Origin: the human T2T-CHM13v2.0 reference genome, Homo sapiens | Reading direction: 5' to 3' (one strand) | Assembly: GCF_009914755.1 (NCBI RefSeq) | Contig: NC_060928.1 | DNA: 64,000 nt | In this document: positions 58,731-64,000 of the stretch, piece after piece | Layout of the letters: each line of letters opens with the position of its first letter | Numbering within the stretch: position 1 is the stretch's first letter | Notes under the pieces: generated by a model | What the model was told of the DNA's origin: nothing | Seen by the model: only the letters and a program-made list of their open reading frames with translations | Databases searched by the model: none | Position numbers and translations under genes: made by a program

Positions 58731-61700
58731 GTTAGTATCCACATTACTGGAGAGGAAATATGGTGATTTATATATGAGTAAACAGCATGAATGCCTGATT
58801 TTTGCAAAATTAAGTTAAATTTTGCAAAAGAGCTGTAATTTAGAATAACCACATTTAGTATTTTCAGTAAGCTTGGTTTGCATTGCTATGTTGTGGTGAA
58901 TTGTTTTATAGTAATAAATAGTAGTGTTTAACATAAGTCATAAAATGTATGTGGGTTTTACTATGTATTGGTTTAAAAGAAGCAGTGCTTGGGAAAATGT
59001 AATTTATATCAGTCAAGACTGGTAGAACACAAAGATAGAAGAGAAAGCATAAACATTTATACCACTAGTGAATAACATGTAAAACTGAGTTGATGTCCAA
59101 ATCAGTGTCAAAAGCTGATGGTAAAGTCTCTTAAGAACCTTTATGATTTTTCTAGAGTTTTAATTCAATGTTGCTGGCAGGTTCAGACCTCTATATGTAC
59201 AGTTGTGTGTCAGTGGATAATAGAAAGTCCACACATCTTTGAAATTCATTAAGAGAGATAAATACCAACTGATTAAATGTCACCATTGGTGTAGATGTTG
59301 GGAATCACTGTGGTATAACTTTCAAACCTCACTTTTGTGTTCCATTGGTATTGACACTACACTGGCTCACGATTACTAGCTTTAAAAACAGGCAAAAATC
59401 ACATTAGATAAGAACTTAAAATAATTTTATTAATTAGCTTATGGTTATTCTGAACGTGTACTAAAAGTTTTTTTGGCATCACACCATAAAGTCGTATTGG
59501 AAATTCGAAGTATCTGTCTTGGGACACATCCAAGAGAATTAACTACTGAATTATCAGAGCAACTTCATTCCGATGTAGTTGTGGTCTCCCTAATTGAACA
59601 GTTTTATGTTTTTTATATATAGGAATATTGCATACCAGTGTAAACATCCCCAAACCCTGTTTTATGTTTTGTCCATTTAAAGTTAAATTTTTCTGGACGG
59701 AGACTTAGGCTATTTACTAGATTCCAGTGTAAAAATGTTAGACTTGTAAAGGGGGAGAATGGCGTTTGGAAAAATAAACATTTAGGTTAGATAGAATTTT
59801 TTTTTAATTCAAGATTAAGATTCATTAATCTGTTAGGTATTACTATGCATTGTTCTAGGTGTTTCTAAATGCATTATGTGATTTGAGTCTTTAAACTCTC
59901 ATGCCAAGAGATTACATACCTTTCTCAAGTCACACATCTTATAATTAATAGAGCTAAGATTTGAGCCTAGGTCTTTTGAAGCCAAATTTTGATGTGCCTT
60001 TCCCTATATCATCTGCTTGTGACTTGGGCTTATTTCTATGGCTTTGAATTAATATTTATTCTTAATGATTATAGAATTGAATTGAAGCTATGTGAATCAA
60101 TTGATGTGCATATATTACAATTAGGTTAGATATTCCCTTTTTTATTTTGAGCGGTTGGGGAATCTATTCCAACAATAAACCTGTATTTGTGTAGTTTTCA
60201 AAGTGCCTTCAAATATGCTAAACATAAACCCTTAGAGGAAGTCTGAAAGACAGAGAAATTGTCATTGATTTCACTGTTGAGGAAAATGAGGCTTCTGTAG
60301 ATTGCAGTTTGCCCAGGGCATGGGGGAAAGTGGGCAGCACAGCCAGTATGAGAAACCAGATCACCTGGCTATCATGTTAGCACATTTACCACTGCTGTGT
60401 ATGATGGACTATTCCATTTGGGCACATTTTCTAAAATATGTAAAAATATTTATTTGACATACTCAAATTGTTACCTTTAGGTTGAAATCAGTCAACCCTC
60501 CACTTGCTGCCGCTCCACCACACCATTGAACATTTGCCCCCATTTAACTTCATATTAATATAAAACATTTTTCCTAAACTTTAAAATGTTTAAATATACA
60601 TCTAAAACTCAACTCTGTTCAGGATGAGGTTATTTTGCAAAACTATTTCCCTGCTACTTAAAATAACAAGGCAGAGGAGAGAATGCTGTGCATTTGTGGC
60701 TACAGAAGAGTAAATACAAGCAAACTATTGAGATCAACTTAATCCTGCATCTCACCCTCACTCAGTGTAACTCAACCCTCTGAGTTTATGAAACTGATTT
60801 TGACATGTGGAAATATAGCAACACTGACCAGTCTTAGCGTTAAAACTGGTAGGCAGTTTTTCTTACTATGTTTATAATGAATTGTTACTTACTCTGACTA
60901 AACATCATTGCAGAATTGAATAATGCTACAGTGTGTTCTTTGGCAAACTATACAGTTCATACTTTAGTCTTTTCTATCCCTACTGTAATATGAATGTGTT
61001 GTTAATGATTCTGCACTTAATAGGCTATGTGAATGAATTATGTTTTGAGGTTCTTCCACTTCAGGTGTCACTAACTTAGTTCCTTTACCATGTCTTATCA
61101 GACACGCCTTCTGGGCAATAATTATATCACTGATAATACAGAGCTATGGAATTCCCACAAATCACTTCTGAAGTTACTGGAACTTGCTTGTGAATGAGGG
61201 TGGTATTAATGAGGGACAGGAGAGAGTAAGAAAATTGAGTGATAGCTCATTATTTATGATCCACTGTGCTTCCTACATTTTTCATCATAGTCGCTACTAA
61301 GAAACAAGAAAAATTTCAAATGGCATATTATTCTTTTATAACATATGATTCAGGATAATTCATGTGAGAAATTGTACTTGCTATTAATATATACTTCTGT
61401 TATGTGAGACTGAAAGATTTTTCTCTTATTCTCTTCTGATTTTAAGTGATTCTAAAATGATCTATTTCTACATTTTACATCTGATTGCTTTCTGTCCTTT
61501 GTTAAGAACATAATAAGAATTTGGATTCATGTTTAAATGATTTTTATAAAACCTTGTCCTTTTAAAAAATAGTGGATCTTTCAGTCACTTGATACTTGAA
61601 TTAGCATTAATACATAAAATAGTTTTCAGTGTTTTGTGGGATGGGGGAACAAAACTGTTGTCTTGATTATAACAGTGTAGTAGAATTTTTACTAACATTT

Positions 61701-61909
61701 GTTCATTTTTTTGTCTGTGTTTACATAATTATTTTGAAGCATGATGTTTGTGTAACATCTTCACTGAAAATCATTGTTTTGAATTTTATTTCATTGTCTT
61801 TTCTTTTTCTTCTTTTCTCCCCTCTTTGTCTGTTGTTCATCTTCCGGGGAACATCAATGTCTTCTCTACTCTATCGCATCTTTTTTTGTGTGTGTTATTC
61901 TTCCCTCAG

Positions 61910-61924
61910 TAACCCTGGCACTGT
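61910..61924 (+). CDS. PDLIM5: PDLIM5 alternative microexon, 15 nt (NPGTV), phase 2 to 2
   Basis: ttcttccctcag|T AAC CCT GGC ACT GT|gtaagt (consensus donor), preceded by a long pyrimidine-rich AG-free zone. Confidence 0.88.
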
Positions 61925-64000
61925 GTAAGTACTTAACCAATGATTCACTTTGTAATTGTCTCTGTAACTTTCCTTCTTGCTTTCAATTTAATACTACCAG
62001 CAAATTTTGTTAGGATTTTCTCATTATAAGAATTTTCAAAAATGTTAAGGAGCATAAGAAGCATTTTTTTTTATGCTAGATAATTTTGTATGCATCAGAG
62101 GTATGTTTAGAACACCCACACTTCTGTAATGAAAAACTTAGTAAGTTAACCTTCATTGAGATATAGATGAGTATTATGGACAGTGTATACCAGAGTTAGA
62201 ACTGTAGTTTGGGCTTTCCTTTAGCTTATTATTATTATTATTTTAATGTCTGTATTTTGAAATAAATTACTTGCTCCTGAGAGTAAAGTTTACATTATAT
62301 CCCAAATGCATTTTTTAAAATAAAATTATTGAAATTTTTCTTTTCTTTCATCATGGTCATCACACTCTGGAGTTTCAGAACCAGAAAACACTAAATGTTT
62401 AGAAACTTTATATCATTTGACATAAGACCTTAAGGTGTGGTAAACAACACAAAGAATCTAAGGGGTAGTGTACTTTTTACAAGTGTGTCATAACTAAAAA
62501 TACTACTTAGGTAGTGTCATTCTATTATTCGTGATATCTTAGCTTGACACCATTGTTTTGTTTTTAGACACCAAACCTTTTATAGAGGATAAAATAGTCT
62601 TACACTTGAAATTGGCATCATTTAAGAGCAAACTACACTCAATACTTGTAGAGAAATTTAAAACTATAATAAGTTTAGTAGCTCAATATAAAATTTTTCA
62701 AGGACTTGCATAAGATAAAGAGTTGTCTGTTTTATGGCTGCCAAAGGCAGTGTGTTTATGAAGAAATGTATGCTTATTTCTTAATTTTAAAACATTTTGT
62801 TCATTTTTAAAAGAACTAGGTTTTGTTCAATATTAGTGGAAGGTCTTTTAGATGTTTTACTTGTGGAATCATGATATTACCATATTACCATAAGTTATAG
62901 TATTTTTTATGATTTTTTGCATAAATGTTACTGATTTGTTATTTTGTATATGCAGATTATTCATAGTCGTAGAACATGTATTACAGTTGATTTTCTAGTA
63001 ATCATAAAAGAATACATTATGATGATCATTACCTCATGTTATGTACTGCAGAAAGCACTTTACATACATTATCTATCTTATTTGTTCTTAAATAACCCTT
63101 TAAGATGCAAGTCTTATTTCTCAGATGAGGAAATTGAGCTTAGAGAAATGACTTGCATAAAGCACACACTGAATCTGATTTTAAAGCCAGTGTTACTAAC
63201 TGTAATTCTATCCTGTTCTTCACTGGGGAAAAGCTTTTCCAGTGTGCTGAGACAGTTTTGGTTATGTAACTGTTAAAATGATGACAGTCGTGTGGCCTGC
63301 GGATAGCACTATGATTTTCTCACAGTGAGTTGAACCTGGCAGGTGTTGCCACTCACATCTGACCACATTTATAACACTTTCTGTACTCGTATCTTGTGCC
63401 AGTAGTCTGCTAGTCCAGATTCATGTTCCTTTTTCTCTTTTGAAATTAAACTCATAGCCTCCAAAAATTTGCATTTGCCCTGTTTTGAGGGGGGAGAAGT
63501 GGAGACTATTCATGATGCTCAATATATCATAGTATTAAAATATACATTGCAAATTCCTTTGTATTTATGCCCTTTTGAAATAAAAATGAATGTTCTTAGC
63601 AAACTCAAAGTTCTTGAACTCTGTAGTTTACACATCCTTAGAACAGCACTACCTTGTATGTGATATTCAAGAGACTGACTTTCTAAAGAGTCTTAGAGCC
63701 AAGCTTTAAATTCTGATCTGTTAATATATATTTCAGTAGTTGCTAATAATGCCATACCTCTTCTTCACTATGCTGATCCCACACACAGCTTTCTTTAGGA
63801 GAAGGAATACCTGTACATATGAATGAGAAAACTGTAGAAATAATAGTTCGGACCCTTTTCAAAATTGTATTCGGAATTGCTAGTTTAGCCTCTACTAAAC
63901 CATACTTGGTTCCTGGGCCTAGTGAAGATTTGATCATTTAATTTCGTGAAAGCCAATACATTCTAGCAGCATATTGTTATTAATGGCCGTTGTGAATATT

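Overview
Human (primate) genomic DNA, AT-rich and repeat-rich. It lies inside the PDLIM5 (ENH, PDZ-LIM) gene on the + strand. It contains the second half of the PDZ domain (exon 3234-3385), a ~49 kb intron, a 43-nt exon (52863-52905), a 419-nt exon with an internal alternative acceptor (55127/55454-55545) and two microexons (58714-58730 KTQVTN; 61910-61924 NPGTV). I also see two frame-preserving candidate exons that I do not recognise from known isoforms (55889-55942; 56829-56951, the latter overlapping an RFX X-box). The intron holds about 18 Alus, a 5'-truncated L1PA with target-site duplications (TSDs), a solo LTR, MaLR LTRs and DNA-transposon fossils. Several retroposition or repair events are unusual: a tailless tRNA-half retropseudogene, a polyadenylated LTR R-region mini-retrocopy, an LTR inserted into an Alu's TSD, and a ~210-bp local duplication ending in a fold-back hairpin. 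No prokaryotic-type or wholly new system is evident. The most promising novelty is the alternative-exon cassette at 55-62 kb. Repeat subfamily calls are from memory of consensus sequences and their boundaries are approximate.
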